Shown: positions 42,196 to 53,140 of the stretch, one piece after another
Numbering within the stretch: position 1 is the stretch's first letter
Layout of the letters: the number at the start of each line of letters is the position of its first letter
Assembly (NCBI GenBank): GCA_963719085.1
Contig: CAVRAL010000001.1
Location: forward strand, 608,001 to 672,000
Length of the DNA: 64,000 nucleotides
Direction of reading: 5' to 3'
Origin: a candidate division FCPU426 bacterium
GTDB taxonomy: Bacteria > Oederibacteriota > Muellerivitia > Muellerivitales > Muellerivitaceae
Made by a program: the position numbers and the translations under genes
Notes under the pieces: model-generated
What the model saw: only the letters and a program-made list of their open reading frames with translations
Databases searched by the model: none
Told to the model about the DNA's origin: nothing

Positions 42196-45075
42196 ATGGC
42201 AAAAGATAAAATCATCGTCCGCGGCGCGCGGGAACATAACTTAAAAAACGTATCCGTCGAAATTCCGCGGGATCAATTGGTGGTCATCACGGGTGTTTCG
42301 GGTTCGGGTAAATCCTCTTTGGCCTTCGACACCCTCTACGCCGAGGGGCAACGCCGGTATGTGGAGTCGCTTTCGTCCTATGCCCGTCAATTTTTAGGCT
42401 TGATGGAAAAACCGGATGTGGATTTGATCGAGGGGCTTTCGCCCGCGGTGGCGATCCAGCAAAAGGCGGGCAGCAAAAATCCCCGTTCCACCGTGGGGAC
42501 CACCACGGAAATATACGACTACTTAAGGCTTCTGTTCGCCCGGGTGGGAACACCCCACTGCGTCAATTGCGGCCGGCCCATCAGCCGGCAGACCGCCCAA
42601 CAAATCATTGAGCGGGTGTTGCGGTTTCCCGAGGGCTCAAAAATTCACGTACTGGCGCCTTTGGCCTCGGGCCGCAAAGGCGAGTACAAAAAGTTGTTTG
42701 ATCAAATCCGCAAGGATGGGTTTGTGCGGGTCCGGTTGGACGGAAAAATTTTGGACCTGGATGACGATATCCAATTGGAAAAAAACAAAAAACATGATGT
42801 GGAGATCGTTGTGGACCGCCTGGTGGCGAAGGCCGATATTAAAAAGAGATTGTCCGATTCCGTTGAGACGGCTTTGAAACATGGGGACGGGATCATCAAA
42901 ATATTGCTGGGCGACAAGGGAAAAGAAGAGGAGTTCCTTTACTCCGAACATTATGCTTGCGTTTATTGTGGGCTTAGCATGGAAGAGCCGGCTCCCCGCA
43001 GCTTTTCGTTCAATAACCCCCATGGAGCCTGCCCGGCTTGTACCGGGATGGGGCATAAAATGGAAGCGGATGAATCCCTGGTCGTTGATGTCGAGAAAAG
43101 CATCGCCGAAGGCGCGATTGAGCCTTATGACTCACCCAAAGCCCTTTATTACCAAAATCTTATCGAGGGCGTGTGTCAACACTTTGGCGTCGGGCAGGAT
43201 ATTCCTTTTCACAAACTGCCGAAAAAAGTAAAGGACGCCATCCTTTATGGAACAACCGAGGAGATCGAGTTCAAAATCAAAAAGGGAAGCTACCAGCAGA
43301 AATATTGGGGGACTTTTGAGGGCGTTTTGCCCAACCTGGAGCGTCGTTTTCATGAGACCGATTCGGAGTATATCCGCGAGGAGATTGAAAAATATTTGGT
43401 CAGCAAACCCTGCCGCGCCTGTAAGGGAACGCGGTTAAAACCGGAGAGCCTGGCGGTCACCATTGACGGTAAAAATATTATTGATGTGACGAAATTTTCG
43501 GTTAAAAGATCGCTGGAGTTTTTTGAGAACCTAAAATTGGACGAAAAGTCCAAAAAGATCGGCGAGCAAATTTTCCGGGAAGTCAAAAGTCGGCTGGTTT
43601 TCATGAAGAATGTGGGGCTGGATTATTTGACACTCGACCGAATGACGGCTTCGTTGTCGGGCGGGGAAGCCCAACGCATTCATTTGGCCACCCAAATCGG
43701 AAGCGCCTTGGTGGGCGTGCTTTATATTTTGGATGAGCCCTCCATTGGGCTTCATCAACGGGACAATCTGCGGCTTTTGAATACCTTAAAGCGCCTGCGG
43801 GATATTGGGAATACGGTCATCGTGGTCGAGCATGATGAGGACACGATGGAAGAGGCGGACTATATCGTGGATATGGGTCTGGGGGCCGGCGTGAACGGCG
43901 GCGAGGTGATTGTGGCGGGTGACTTGAATAAAATTCTCGGGGACCCCAAATCGCTCACCGGAAAATATCTCTCGGGGAAATTGTCGATCCCGGCCCTTTT
44001 GAAAAGCGAAAAGCCCCTGGACAAACGGCTGGTACTCAAGGGCGCCACCATGAATAACCTGAAAAATTTAACCGTTGAGTTTCCTTTGGGCGGGTTGGTC
44101 GCCGTGACCGGGGTTTCGGGATCGGGGAAAAGCACCCTGGTAATGGAGACCCTGTATCCGGCCTTGATTCACAAACTTTATCATTTGAGGATGAAGCCGG
44201 AAGGTTATGAGTCGCTGGAAGGCGTTCAACATATCGACAAGGTGATCGAGATTGACCAGTCGCCCATCGGCCGAACGCCCCGCTCCAACCCGGCCACTTA
44301 TACGGGTATTTTTACCCATGTGCGCGATCTTTTCGCGCGATTGCCGGACGCGAAAGCGCGGGGTTACAAGGAAGGTCGATTCAGCTTCAACGTCAAAGGC
44401 GGCCGCTGCGAGGCTTGCGAGGGGGATGGGGTTATTAAAATTGAGATGCATTTCCTGCCCGATGTTTATGTTCCTTGCGAGGTGTGTAAGGGGAAGCGCT
44501 ACAACCGGGAGACTTTGGAAATTCAGTACAAAGGAAAAAATATCGCGGATGTCTTGGGAATGAGCATTGATGAGGCGCTTCCTTTTTTTCAAGCGATCCC
44601 CAAAATCAAAAAGGTTTTGGAAACCTTGGGCGACGTGGGATTGGGTTATATCAAACTGGGACAGCCCGCCACCACGCTTTCCGGGGGGGAAGCCCAGCGC
44701 GTGAAGCTTTCAACGGAATTAGGCAAACGCAGCACGGGTAAGACGGTTTATATCCTGGATGAACCCACGACGGGACTTCATTTCGCCGATGTGGACCATT
44801 TGATCAAGGTCTTGAAGCGGCTCGTCGACGCGGGGAACACGGTGATCGTGATTGAGCATAATTTGGATGTCATTAAAACCGCCGACCATTTGATTGATTT
44901 GGGGCCCGAAGGGGGCGAGGAGGGCGGTCAAATTGTGGGGGAAGGTTCGGTTTCCGAATTGGCGTCGAATCCCAAGTCTTTTACGGGCCGCTATTTGGCT
45001 GAAAAAATTAAAAAAGACAGGGAAAGGGCGCAAAAAGGCGTCCGACCCAAGGTCGCCGATCGAATTGCACGTTGA
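42196..45075 (+). CDS. uvrA: Excinuclease ABC subunit A
   Basis: [38 protein letters not shown], two LSGGEAQR signatures, zinc fingers and [17 protein letters not shown]. Confidence 0.98.
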   Translation: MAKDKIIVRGAREHNLKNVSVEIPRDQLVVITGVSGSGKSSLAFDTLYAEGQRRYVESLSSYARQFLGLMEKPDVDLIEGLSPAVAIQQKAGSKNPRSTVGTTTEIYDYLRLLFARVGTPHCVNCGRPISRQTAQQIIERVLRFPEGSKIHVLAPLASGRKGEYKKLFDQIRKDGFVRVRLDGKILDLDDDIQLEKNKKHDVEIVVDRLVAKADIKKRLSDSVETALKHGDGIIKILLGDKGKEEEFLYSEHYACVYCGLSMEEPAPRSFSFNNPHGACPACTGMGHKMEADESLVVDVEKSIAEGAIEPYDSPKALYYQNLIEGVCQHFGVGQDIPFHKLPKKVKDAILYGTTEEIEFKIKKGSYQQKYWGTFEGVLPNLERRFHETDSEYIREEIEKYLVSKPCRACKGTRLKPESLAVTIDGKNIIDVTKFSVKRSLEFFENLKLDEKSKKIGEQIFREVKSRLVFMKNVGLDYLTLDRMTASLSGGEAQRIHLATQIGSALVGVLYILDEPSIGLHQRDNLRLLNTLKRLRDIGNTVIVVEHDEDTMEEADYIVDMGLGAGVNGGEVIVAGDLNKILGDPKSLTGKYLSGKLSIPALLKSEKPLDKRLVLKGATMNNLKNLTVEFPLGGLVAVTGVSGSGKSTLVMETLYPALIHKLYHLRMKPEGYESLEGVQHIDKVIEIDQSPIGRTPRSNPATYTGIFTHVRDLFARLPDAKARGYKEGRFSFNVKGGRCEACEGDGVIKIEMHFLPDVYVPCEVCKGKRYNRETLEIQYKGKNIADVLGMSIDEALPFFQAIPKIKKVLETLGDVGLGYIKLGQPATTLSGGEAQRVKLSTELGKRSTGKTVYILDEPTTGLHFADVDHLIKVLKRLVDAGNTVIVIEHNLDVIKTADHLIDLGPEGGEEGGQIVGEGSVSELASNPKSFTGRYLAEKIKKDRERAQKGVRPKVADRIAR

Positions 45076-45100
45076 CGCGTAATTTAGGCAGGGTTATAAT
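45072..45100 (+). promoter_or_regulatory. Near-consensus sigma70 promoter overlapping the uvrA stop codon
   Basis: TTGACG (45072-77), 17 bp spacer, TATAAT (45095-100). Confidence 0.75.
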
Positions 45101-45130
45101 TTTCCTATAAATTACGGGGGTTTATGTCAA

Positions 45131-46099
45131 TTGATCAAAATTTCCAGCCGCGTTAATCCAATTAAAACGCTCGTTTTTATGGCCGTGATATCGATTTACT
45201 GCGCGTTAGGTTCAAGTCTTTTCGCCGACCCGGGAACCACCGGCGCGGTGGAACTCAAGATTCCCGTGGGGCCCCGGGCCATTGCCATGGGGGGGGCTTT
45301 CGTGGCTGTGGCCGATGACGCGAACGCCATCTATTGGAATCCGGCGGGCTTGCGCCAATTAGGCGGAACGGCTTTGACAGCCCAATATACCGACTTCATT
45401 GATACCGTAAATTACAACTATTTTGCCGCCGCTACCCCCTTGGGAAATGACGCGGCCATTGGTTTAGGAGCGAAACTTTTAACCACCGGCAATGAAGAAG
45501 TCGTTGACTCAAATGGGAATTTAACCGGCGCTTCTTTCAATGAAAACTACATGGATATTGATGTGGCGGCGGCCTTGAAAATTAACTACTTTTTGGATGT
45601 GGGGATAGTCGGCAAGTACATTTCAAAATCTTTGGCCTCAACTACGGCTTCGACTTTCGCCGTGGATCTAGGGGTTCTGTACCGGACGCCCATCGCCCAT
45701 CTCACTACCGGGTTGAACCTTCAGAATATCGGGCCTGGTTTAAAGTTCGTGAATGTATCGGATCCTTTACCTTTCAACGTGAAGGTCGGGGCGGCTTATA
45801 AAATGTTCGACGATAACTTCACTTTGGCGATGGATTTTAACTTTCCCACGGACAACGATCCTTCCGTCAGCTTGGGCGGTGAATATTGGTACATGAATAC
45901 CTTAGTCGGACGGTTTGGTTATGAGTTGCAAGGCTCTTTTGACCAGAATCAATTGGGGAATGGCGCTAAGGCGGGGCTTTATTTAGGCGCCGGGGTTAAA
46001 GTGGCCGCTTTCAAAACCAATATCGGCCTGGATTACGCTTGGTCTTCCCAGGGGTTCTTGGGAACTTCCAACCGGTTCGCTTTGAACGTTTATTTATAA
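45131..46099 (+). CDS. PorV/PorQ-family outer-membrane beta-barrel (second paralogue)
   Basis: Signal peptide ending SLFA; ELKIPVGPRAIAMGGAFVAVADDANAIYWNPAGL, FAVDLGVLY, NLQNIGP..DPLP, GGEYWY and LDYAW. Start approximate. Confidence 0.85.
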   Translation: MIKISSRVNPIKTLVFMAVISIYCALGSSLFADPGTTGAVELKIPVGPRAIAMGGAFVAVADDANAIYWNPAGLRQLGGTALTAQYTDFIDTVNYNYFAAATPLGNDAAIGLGAKLLTTGNEEVVDSNGNLTGASFNENYMDIDVAAALKINYFLDVGIVGKYISKSLASTTASTFAVDLGVLYRTPIAHLTTGLNLQNIGPGLKFVNVSDPLPFNVKVGAAYKMFDDNFTLAMDFNFPTDNDPSVSLGGEYWYMNTLVGRFGYELQGSFDQNQLGNGAKAGLYLGAGVKVAAFKTNIGLDYAWSSQGFLGTSNRFALNVYL

Positions 46100-46211
46100 T
46101 AAGGGCTATTTCTTTCTCCTATCCCGCGTGCTAACTTATTCGCGCTGAACATCTGCCTTAGGCTTCACTTTGCGCCGGTAGCAATAATGTTTTCATCATC
46201 AGGGGTCATCC

Positions 46212-46868
46212 ATGAGCACCGAACAAGAAATTTTTGATAAATGCGGGCGTTCCTATAACGGCAACGATTCCATTTTCCGCGAGGGCGATATCGGGAATGA
46301 GATGTATATCATCCAATCCGGAAAAGTCAAAATCACGAAACAGCTCAAAAGCGGCGAGGAAAAGACCCTGGTCATTTTAGGCCCCGGGGATTTTTTCGGT
46401 GAAATGGCGGTCATTGATAAGGACGTTCGTTCGGCCAATGCCACGGCCCTGGAAGCTTCCCGTTTGATCGCGTTGGACGAGGAAGTGTTCGAGATGCACA
46501 TGCAGTCCAACCCCAAGATCGTCAAAAAAATCCTGAAAAACCTGACTTCCCGGCTGCGGGATGCCAATCAACAAATCGCGAACTTAATGATTAAAGACGC
46601 GAACCGGCTGGTGGCCAACACGATTCTTTTGGTCGTCCACAAGCACGGCGAAGAGGGGCCCGATGGAATCACCATGGACATCCCCTTCACGATTTCCGAG
46701 TTGAGCAAAATGTGCGGTTTGGAAATGTCGAAGACCCATGAAATTGTCGATAAGTTAATGAAAGCCAAAGTCATCCGTTTGAGCGGCGAGGCCATCACGG
46801 TGAACAGCCTGGATAGCTTGGAAAAGTTCATTAAATACCTGGAAATGAAGGAACAGTTCGGGGAATAA
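46212..46868 (+). CDS. Crp/Fnr-family cNMP-binding transcriptional regulator
   Basis: IFREGD.G.EMYIIQSGKVKI, LGPGDFFGEMA..RSANATA, and a C-terminal HTH-like FTISELSKMCG. Confidence 0.85.
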   Translation: MSTEQEIFDKCGRSYNGNDSIFREGDIGNEMYIIQSGKVKITKQLKSGEEKTLVILGPGDFFGEMAVIDKDVRSANATALEASRLIALDEEVFEMHMQSNPKIVKKILKNLTSRLRDANQQIANLMIKDANRLVANTILLVVHKHGEEGPDGITMDIPFTISELSKMCGLEMSKTHEIVDKLMKAKVIRLSGEAITVNSLDSLEKFIKYLEMKEQFGE

Positions 46869-46881
46869 CCAAAGAAGTCGT

Positions 46882-46912
46882 AAGCCCCACGATGCCGTGG
46901 GGCTTTTTTTTT
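46882..46912 (+). terminator. Rho-independent terminator
   Basis: AAGCCCCACG-ATGC-CGTGGGGCTT followed by a T run. Confidence 0.9.
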
Positions 46913-46959
46913 GCTTGCTTGATTTCCGTCCTTAAACTCCAAATACTGTCCATTAAATT

Positions 46960-47952
46960 TTGACCGAGCGGGGAAGTGTGCGATTAACCGAATTGACGGG
47001 GCCAATCCAAGGGGAGCTTGATCGGGTCGAATCCGCCATCGGATCGGCTCTCAAGAGCGATAATCCTTTTATCCAACAAATGGTCGATTACCTCGCCCGC
47101 ACCCAAGGCAAACGAGTTCGGCCGGCCTTGGCGGTTCTGGCGGCCCGTTTTTGCGGGACCGTGCCCTCCGAGACGATCGCCCTCGGGGCGGCTTTGGAAA
47201 TGCTCCATGTGGCCACCTTGATCCACGACGACATCATTGATAATTCCTCCATCCGCCGGAAACAAAAGACCCTTAATTTTAAATGGGGGAACGAGGTTTC
47301 GGTTTTGATGGGCGATTATGTCTTCGCCTCCTCCTTTTACCTGATGGCCAAAAACCTGCCCAAGGATATCCTGGGAATTCTCGCGGACACCACCAACATT
47401 ATTTGCCGGGGTGAAATCTCGGAAACCGGAAACCGCTTTAATGTGGGCTTGACCCAAGACGACTATGAGCTGATTGTGCGCGAGAAAACGGCTTGTCTTT
47501 TCGCCGCCAGTTGTGAGACCGGCGCGCTGCTCGCGGGCGGGCCGGCGGAAACGGTGGAACGCTTCCGGCGTTTTGGAATGGGCATCGGTATGGCTTTTCA
47601 AATTATCGACGATACGCTTGATTTTGTCGGCCGCCAAAAGCGCGTCGGGAAACCCGTCATGAGTGATTTGCGCGAAGGAAAGCTGACCTTGCCGGTTTTG
47701 ATTTGCCTTGAGAAGTCGTCGGCGGCCGAGAAGAAAAAAATTAAGACAATGATCCTCCGTAAGGTGAAGACGGCCGCCGATTTTAAGTTTTTGTCCCTTC
47801 TTCTGAAGAAGACGGACGCGATCCGCCTTTCGGTGGCCCGGGCCCAAGAATGGGTGGAAGAGGCGAAGGGCGCCATCGGGCCGTTGAAGGATGGACGTGA
47901 CAAAAACGATCTTATTAAGTTCGCCGACTTTTTAATCGGCCGCGACTTTTAG
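46960..47952 (+). CDS. Trans-polyprenyl diphosphate synthase (IspB/HepT-like)
   Basis: GKRVRP, first DDxxD motif HDDIID..RR, VLMGDY, EKTACLF, second motif FQIIDDTLD, and DLREGKLTLP. Confidence 0.93.
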   Translation: MTERGSVRLTELTGPIQGELDRVESAIGSALKSDNPFIQQMVDYLARTQGKRVRPALAVLAARFCGTVPSETIALGAALEMLHVATLIHDDIIDNSSIRRKQKTLNFKWGNEVSVLMGDYVFASSFYLMAKNLPKDILGILADTTNIICRGEISETGNRFNVGLTQDDYELIVREKTACLFAASCETGALLAGGPAETVERFRRFGMGIGMAFQIIDDTLDFVGRQKRVGKPVMSDLREGKLTLPVLICLEKSSAAEKKKIKTMILRKVKTAADFKFLSLLLKKTDAIRLSVARAQEWVEEAKGAIGPLKDGRDKNDLIKFADFLIGRDF

Positions 47953-48037
47953 TTTTAGGTTTTCCTTGATATTTCGGGGTCGATCGTGTTTATATTGACC
48001 CGTTTACCATTCCGTCATTTGCCCGAAAAGGACCGTT

Positions 48038-48418
48038 ATGCTTGAACAATATGGGACTGTTCTCGTGTTTCTGGTGGCGGGGATTTTTTTCATTTTGATG
48101 GCTTTTTTAACCGCTTGGCTGGTGGGCGCTAACGGGCTTCTGGGCTATTCCCAATCGCATAATTTGGATGTTTTCGAGGATACTTACGAAAGCGGCGTCG
48201 AAACCATCGGCACGTCCTGGGTTCGTTTCAATGTCAGCTTTTATCTCTATGCCTTACTTTTTCTCATTTTTGATATTGAGACGGTTTTCCTTTACCCTTG
48301 GGCGGTTTCGTTCAAAAAGATGGGGATGTTCGGATTTTCTGAAATGATCATTTTCATCGCCATTCTGTTGGTGGGTTTGGCCTACGCCTGGAAGAAGGAG
48401 GCTTTGAAATGGGAGTAG
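48038..48418 (+). CDS. nuoA: NADH-quinone oxidoreductase subunit A
   Basis: [26 protein letters not shown] and [10 protein letters not shown]. Confidence 0.93.
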   Translation: MLEQYGTVLVFLVAGIFFILMAFLTAWLVGANGLLGYSQSHNLDVFEDTYESGVETIGTSWVRFNVSFYLYALLFLIFDIETVFLYPWAVSFKKMGMFGFSEMIIFIAILLVGLAYAWKKEALKWE

Positions 48419-48951
48419 AACTGAAGGGTTTGACAAGGGCCGATCTCCGGGGCCTGGAGAGCGAAAGCGCCATTCCGGGTCTTTGGACCTTGGAAAAGGC
48501 CGTTGGGTTTATTTTTAAATGGGCTCGAAAAAACTCCCTGTGGCCCCTGCAATTTGGGACGGCTTGCTGCGCCATTGAGATGATGGCCACGGCCTCCGGA
48601 CGTTATGACTTGGCCCGTTTTGGCGCGGAGGTTTTCAGGCCCTCGCCCCGGCAGGCGGATCTTTTAATCGCCGCGGGAACGATCACCGAGAAAATGGGAT
48701 ACGCGCTCAAGAAGCTTTACGACCAAATGCCCAAACCCAGCTGGGTCATCGCCATGGGCAGCTGCACCATCGCGGGAGGGCCCTATTATTACGATTCTTA
48801 TACGGTGGTGAAGGGAATTGATTCTTTCATCCCGGTGGATGTTTATGTCCCGGGTTGTCCACCGCGGCCGGAGTCCTTGATTCACGGGTTGATGGCCATT
48901 CAAAAGAAGATTGAAGATGAGCCGATTTTCCGCCGTCGTCGGGTGGAATGA
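48409..48951 (+). CDS. nuoB: NADH-quinone oxidoreductase subunit B
   Basis: [22 protein letters not shown] and [12 protein letters not shown]. Confidence 0.95.
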   Translation: MGVELKGLTRADLRGLESESAIPGLWTLEKAVGFIFKWARKNSLWPLQFGTACCAIEMMATASGRYDLARFGAEVFRPSPRQADLLIAAGTITEKMGYALKKLYDQMPKPSWVIAMGSCTIAGGPYYYDSYTVVKGIDSFIPVDVYVPGCPPRPESLIHGLMAIQKKIEDEPIFRRRRVE

Positions 48952-49006
48952 CTGAAATTAGTCTGATCCTCAAGTTGTAAACTAAGACCCGGGAGCTTTT
49001 GAATCC

Positions 49007-49480
49007 ATGACGCTGGATGAATTAAAGGCTAAAATCGATACGGATTTTAAGGATCAGGTCCTCACTTCGGCCGTGAGCCCGCAAAAAGAACTGATCGTCA
49101 CCGTTAAACCCGAGGCCTATCTCTCGGTTTGCTCCCAACTGCGCGATCAACCGGACTTCGCCTTTCGGCATCTCTCCTGTTTAACCGCCGTTGATTACCC
49201 CAAAGAAAACAAGATCACGGTCGTGGATCATTTGTGGTCTTACGCCCATTCGCACCAGGTGACGGTGAAGGTGGACCTGCCCCGCGACAATCCTAAAATT
49301 CCGACCGTCGAGAACATTTGGAAAAGCGCCAATTGGCTGGAACGGGAAGTTTACGACCTTTATGGGGTGACTTTTGAAGGGCACTCGGACTTGCGCCGGA
49401 TCATGATGCCTGAGGATTACAAAAAGTATCCCTTGCGAAAGGACTTTTCCGATGACGGATTTATTATTAAGCCAAATTAG
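49007..49480 (+). CDS. nuoC: NADH-quinone oxidoreductase subunit C
   Basis: LTAVDY and [31 protein letters not shown]. Confidence 0.93.
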   Translation: MTLDELKAKIDTDFKDQVLTSAVSPQKELIVTVKPEAYLSVCSQLRDQPDFAFRHLSCLTAVDYPKENKITVVDHLWSYAHSHQVTVKVDLPRDNPKIPTVENIWKSANWLEREVYDLYGVTFEGHSDLRRIMMPEDYKKYPLRKDFSDDGFIIKPN

Positions 49481-50597
49481 GGGCGGCCAAGAGTCCCAAT
49501 TTGGCACGGATGAATACGTCGTCAATTTGGGCCCCCAACATCCTTCCACCCACGGCGTCTTAAGGCTGGTGGTTCGTTTGGACGGGGAAACGGTCAAGGA
49601 AACCACGCCGGTTTTGGGTTATCTGCACCGCTCGATCGAGAAAATTTGCGAAAACCGCACTTACCCCCAATGCATCACCTACACGGACCGGGTGGATTAT
49701 GTCTCGGCCATGAGCGTGAATTTCGCGTTCGCCTACGCGGTGGAAAAACTGCTGGGTGTGGAAGCCCCGGCCCGGGCCCAATGGCTGCGGATGATCATGG
49801 TGGAGCTCCAGCGCATCGCCAGCCACTTGTTATGGATGGGTTCTTTCGGCGGTGATTTGGGCGCCCTGACGCCCCTCCTTTATGGCATGCGGGAGAGGGA
49901 ACGCATCATCGATCTTTTTGAGATGACCTGCGGCCAGCGCCTGACTTATAACTACATCCGCATCGGCGGGGTGATGATCGATATCCTGCCCGAGTTTGTT
50001 CCCAAGTGCCGGAGCTTTTTGGATTATTTTGAGAAGCGCGTGGATGAGTACGAGAGCCTGCTGACCTACAATCCCATTTTCCTCGAACGGACCAAGGGCG
50101 TGGGCGTCATTACGCCGGAAGTCGGGATCAATTGCGGCGTGACCGGGCCGGCTTTGCGCGGTTCGGGGGTTTCCTGCGACGTGCGCAAAAAACAGCCTTA
50201 TCTTTTTTATGACCAAGTGAAATTTGAGGAAGCCTTGGGGACGGACGGCGATTGCTGGAGCCGCTACCGGGTGCGCATGGACGAGATGGTCCAATCGGTT
50301 TCCATTATCCGCCAATGTTTGGACCGCCTGGAGCCGGGGCCGGTGGAAGCCAAACTGCCGCCGGTTTTGAAAGTGCCGGCCGGGACCGAGGTTTACAGCC
50401 GAATTGAGTCCTCCCGGGGGGAAATGGGAGTTTATTTGGTGGGAGATGGCACGGCCAAGCCCTGGAAATGCAAGTTCCGCTGCGCTTCTTTTAATAATGT
50501 TTACGTTTTGGATCAGCTGACCCGGGGTTGGAAATTGGCGGATATCATGGCGGTACTGGGCAGCATGGATATGATCGTTCCGGAAGTCGACCGGTAG
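49452..50597 (+). CDS. nuoD: NADH-quinone oxidoreductase subunit D
   Basis: [38 protein letters not shown] and terminal EVDR. No NiFe CxxC ligands. Confidence 0.95.
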   Translation: MTDLLLSQIRGGQESQFGTDEYVVNLGPQHPSTHGVLRLVVRLDGETVKETTPVLGYLHRSIEKICENRTYPQCITYTDRVDYVSAMSVNFAFAYAVEKLLGVEAPARAQWLRMIMVELQRIASHLLWMGSFGGDLGALTPLLYGMRERERIIDLFEMTCGQRLTYNYIRIGGVMIDILPEFVPKCRSFLDYFEKRVDEYESLLTYNPIFLERTKGVGVITPEVGINCGVTGPALRGSGVSCDVRKKQPYLFYDQVKFEEALGTDGDCWSRYRVRMDEMVQSVSIIRQCLDRLEPGPVEAKLPPVLKVPAGTEVYSRIESSRGEMGVYLVGDGTAKPWKCKFRCASFNNVYVLDQLTRGWKLADIMAVLGSMDMIVPEVDR

Positions 50598-50624
50598 GCA
50601 TTTTTTAATTAAGGAATTTGGATC

Positions 50625-51683
50625 ATGGGTGAAAAAATCGTCGAAGGCGTAGGCGGCGCGCTCCATTGGGTTTACGCGTTGTTGCGCCTTTCGGCCTGGA
50701 CCAATATTTTGGATACGATCGTGGTCGCGGTCGTCATGTTCGCGCTTGTGGCGGTTTTCGTCATGTTTTTGGTTTGGATGGAGCGCAAGGTATCGGCCCA
50801 TATGCAAAGCCGGATCGGCCCCAATCGGGTGGGCCCCTTGGGACTTTTTCAAACCCTGGCGGACGCGATCAAATTGACCACCAAAGAAGACGTGAAGCCC
50901 GTTCACCGGGACAAGATTCCTTACTTCATCGCCCCCATCGTGGCTTTCGTGGCCACCTTCATGGGGCTTGTGGTGATTCCCTTTGACCAGGGAATGGTGG
51001 TTCAAGATTTGAACGTGGGCATTCTTTATGTGATCGCGATCACCGGTTTTACGGTGGTGGCCATTTTGACGGCGGGATGGAGCTCCAATAACAAATACGC
51101 TTTGCTGGGCGGGTTTCGCTCGGCGGCCCAAATTGTCAGCTATGAAATTCCTTTGGTCATGTCCCTGGTCCCCGTCATCATGGTGACCGGTTCCTTGAGC
51201 CTGAAGTCTATCGTGGAATATCAACATCAGGCGGGCTATTGGTTCGTGTTTCCCCAAATCGCGGCTTTCGTTATCTTTCTCATTTCCGCCACGGCGGAAG
51301 CCAACCGGGCTCCCTTTGATATTCCGGAAGCTGAGTCCGAATTGATCGGCGGGTTCCATACCGAATACTCCGGCGTGAAATTCGCGATGTTTTTTTTGGG
51401 CGAATATATCGCCATGGTGGTTTCGGCTTCCGTGGCCACGGCGGTTTTCCTGGGCGGCTGGTTGCCGGTGCCTTTCCTGGCGTTTTTACACCTGCCCGGA
51501 TTTGTTTGGTTCGTTTTGAAAATTCTATTCATGATTTATTTGATTATGGCTTTCCGATGGACTTTTCCCCGCTTGCGGGTGGATCAATTGATGGATTTTG
51601 GCTGGAAGGTTTTGATTCCGCTTTCGATTCTCAATATTTTGGTCAGCGGCGCGGTTATTTTGATGTTGGGGAAGGGGAACTGA
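50625..51683 (+). CDS. nuoH: NADH-quinone oxidoreductase subunit H
   Basis: ERKV..MQSRIGPNRVGP, ADAIKL..KE, SSNNKY, SYE and NRAPFDIPEAESELIGG. Confidence 0.95.
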   Translation: MGEKIVEGVGGALHWVYALLRLSAWTNILDTIVVAVVMFALVAVFVMFLVWMERKVSAHMQSRIGPNRVGPLGLFQTLADAIKLTTKEDVKPVHRDKIPYFIAPIVAFVATFMGLVVIPFDQGMVVQDLNVGILYVIAITGFTVVAILTAGWSSNNKYALLGGFRSAAQIVSYEIPLVMSLVPVIMVTGSLSLKSIVEYQHQAGYWFVFPQIAAFVIFLISATAEANRAPFDIPEAESELIGGFHTEYSGVKFAMFFLGEYIAMVVSASVATAVFLGGWLPVPFLAFLHLPGFVWFVLKILFMIYLIMAFRWTFPRLRVDQLMDFGWKVLIPLSILNILVSGAVILMLGKGN

Positions 51684-51684
51684 C

Positions 51685-52194
51685 ATGGGCGTTCTGAACT
51701 ATTTCCTCGGAATCTTCAAGGGTTTTTGGAACCTATTGTCGGGCCTGTCCGTGACCATCCGTTATTTTTTCAAAAAAACCAATACCCAGCAATATCCGGA
51801 AGAACGGCTCCCGCTGCCGGAGCGCAGCCGAAGCATGATCAAGCTGATCTATGACGGTGAAAAAGACATGTTCAATTGTGTGGCCTGCCTCATGTGCATG
51901 AAGGCCTGCCCCAACAGCTGTATCAAGCTGGAAGGGGTGAGGATGCCGGACGGGAAGCGGCGCATGACGACCTTCAAACTTGATTTTTCAACCTGCATTT
52001 TTTGCGGCTATTGTGTGGAAGCCTGCGGGTTCGACGCTTTGACTTTCGTGTCGGAAGAATATGAGAACTCGGTTTATAAACGCGGAAGCCTTTTGCAAGA
52101 CGAGAACGCGATGAAGTGGGTCCGTCCCGCGCAGCCTGTCTTAGCGCCTCTCGCGTCCGAAACGCCGGCCGCCGCCGCGCCGCCGGGAGTTTGA
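51685..52194 (+). CDS. nuoI: NADH-quinone oxidoreductase subunit I
   Basis: TQQYPEE and two 4Fe-4S motifs, CVACLMCMKACP and CIFCGYCVEACG. Confidence 0.92.
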   Translation: MGVLNYFLGIFKGFWNLLSGLSVTIRYFFKKTNTQQYPEERLPLPERSRSMIKLIYDGEKDMFNCVACLMCMKACPNSCIKLEGVRMPDGKRRMTTFKLDFSTCIFCGYCVEACGFDALTFVSEEYENSVYKRGSLLQDENAMKWVRPAQPVLAPLASETPAAAAPPGV

Positions 52195-52196
52195 CC

Positions 52197-52781
52197 ATGG
52201 CCAACACAATTTTTTACGTCCTCGCCGCGGTTTCCCTGTTTTCGGCCCTGATGGCCGTGACTTTGAGAAACTTGTTTCATTGCGCTTTGTTTTTAGTTTT
52301 GGCCATGTTTGGAGTGGCGGGCCTTTTTCTTTATTTGAACGCGGAGTTTTTAGCCGCCGTCCAAGTCATTATTTATGTGGGGGCCGTGACGGTTTTTATC
52401 TTTTTCGGGATTATGTTTACCCGAAATGTGATGGATGAAAAAATCAACGTCATGAACCGGCAGTTTCTGCTCGCCTTGGCGGCGGCCGTCTTTTTTGGCT
52501 GGATCAGCTTTAAAGCGGTCCATCAATCCTCCTTCGCGAATTCCGAGCATCCCCTGATTTTAACGGCTCAGGCATCCGCTAACGCGGCGGGGGACACCGT
52601 TACGACAGTGGCCTCCTTGCCGAGCTCGGGGAACGAAAACTCCGACGTGGATGTTTACGCGTTGGCCACCGATTTGCTCAATCCGGCCCATGGATTCGCT
52701 TACGCTTTTGAGTTCGTCTCAATTCTTTTGCTGGCCGCGCTGGTGGGCGCCATTGTGGTGGCGCGAAAGGAACCCTCGTGA
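52197..52781 (+). CDS. nuoJ: NADH-quinone oxidoreductase subunit J
   Basis: LNAEFLAAVQVIIYVGAV and AFEFVSILLLAALVGAI. ATG 52197 lies directly after the nuoI stop. Confidence 0.92.
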   Translation: MANTIFYVLAAVSLFSALMAVTLRNLFHCALFLVLAMFGVAGLFLYLNAEFLAAVQVIIYVGAVTVFIFFGIMFTRNVMDEKINVMNRQFLLALAAAVFFGWISFKAVHQSSFANSEHPLILTAQASANAAGDTVTTVASLPSSGNENSDVDVYALATDLLNPAHGFAYAFEFVSILLLAALVGAIVVARKEPS

Positions 52782-53092
52782 GCACCATTCCGATCGCCTA
52801 CTTTTTATATTTCGCCGTTCTTCTTTTTGGCATCGGGTTGTTCGGCGTTTTAGCCCGAAAAAACGCGATCTCGGTCTTGCTGGGTGTTGAGTTAATGCTC
52901 AACGCGGTCAACATCAACTATCTGACTTTCGCCAAATATTGGGGTTGGGACCATTTAACGGGTCCGGTTTTTGTCATTTTTATCATCACCGTCGGCGCCG
53001 CTGAAGTGGCGGTGGCCTTGGCGATTGTCATCTCGGTTTACCGCCAGTGGAAAACCGCCAATGTGGACGAGGTTCGTTTCTTAAAAGGCTGA
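52778..53092 (+). CDS. nuoK: NADH-quinone oxidoreductase subunit K
   Basis: LFGIGLFGVL.RKN..VELMLNAVN and AAEVAVALA. Confidence 0.93.
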   Translation: MSTIPIAYFLYFAVLLFGIGLFGVLARKNAISVLLGVELMLNAVNINYLTFAKYWGWDHLTGPVFVIFIITVGAAEVAVALAIVISVYRQWKTANVDEVRFLKG

Positions 53093-53140
53093 GTCGGTGG
53101 AAGAGCGGTTCCAAGTCATCTTGAATGAAGGATAGGGGCA

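Noticed and set aside
46960..47952. Polyprenyl synthase as source of the glycan lipid carrier
   Set aside because: It is a trans-type DDxxD enzyme (quinone side chain); undecaprenyl carriers are made by cis-type UppS.
48409..50597. Group 4 NiFe-hydrogenase interpretation of nuoB/nuoD
   Set aside because: NuoD lacks the two CxxC nickel-binding motifs and NuoB has the tandem CC of complex I.
49830..51359. 509-aa minus-strand ORF (similarly 8118-9224, 37413-38504, 46984-47847)
   Set aside because: Antisense shadows of well-supported plus-strand genes, with no motifs of their own.
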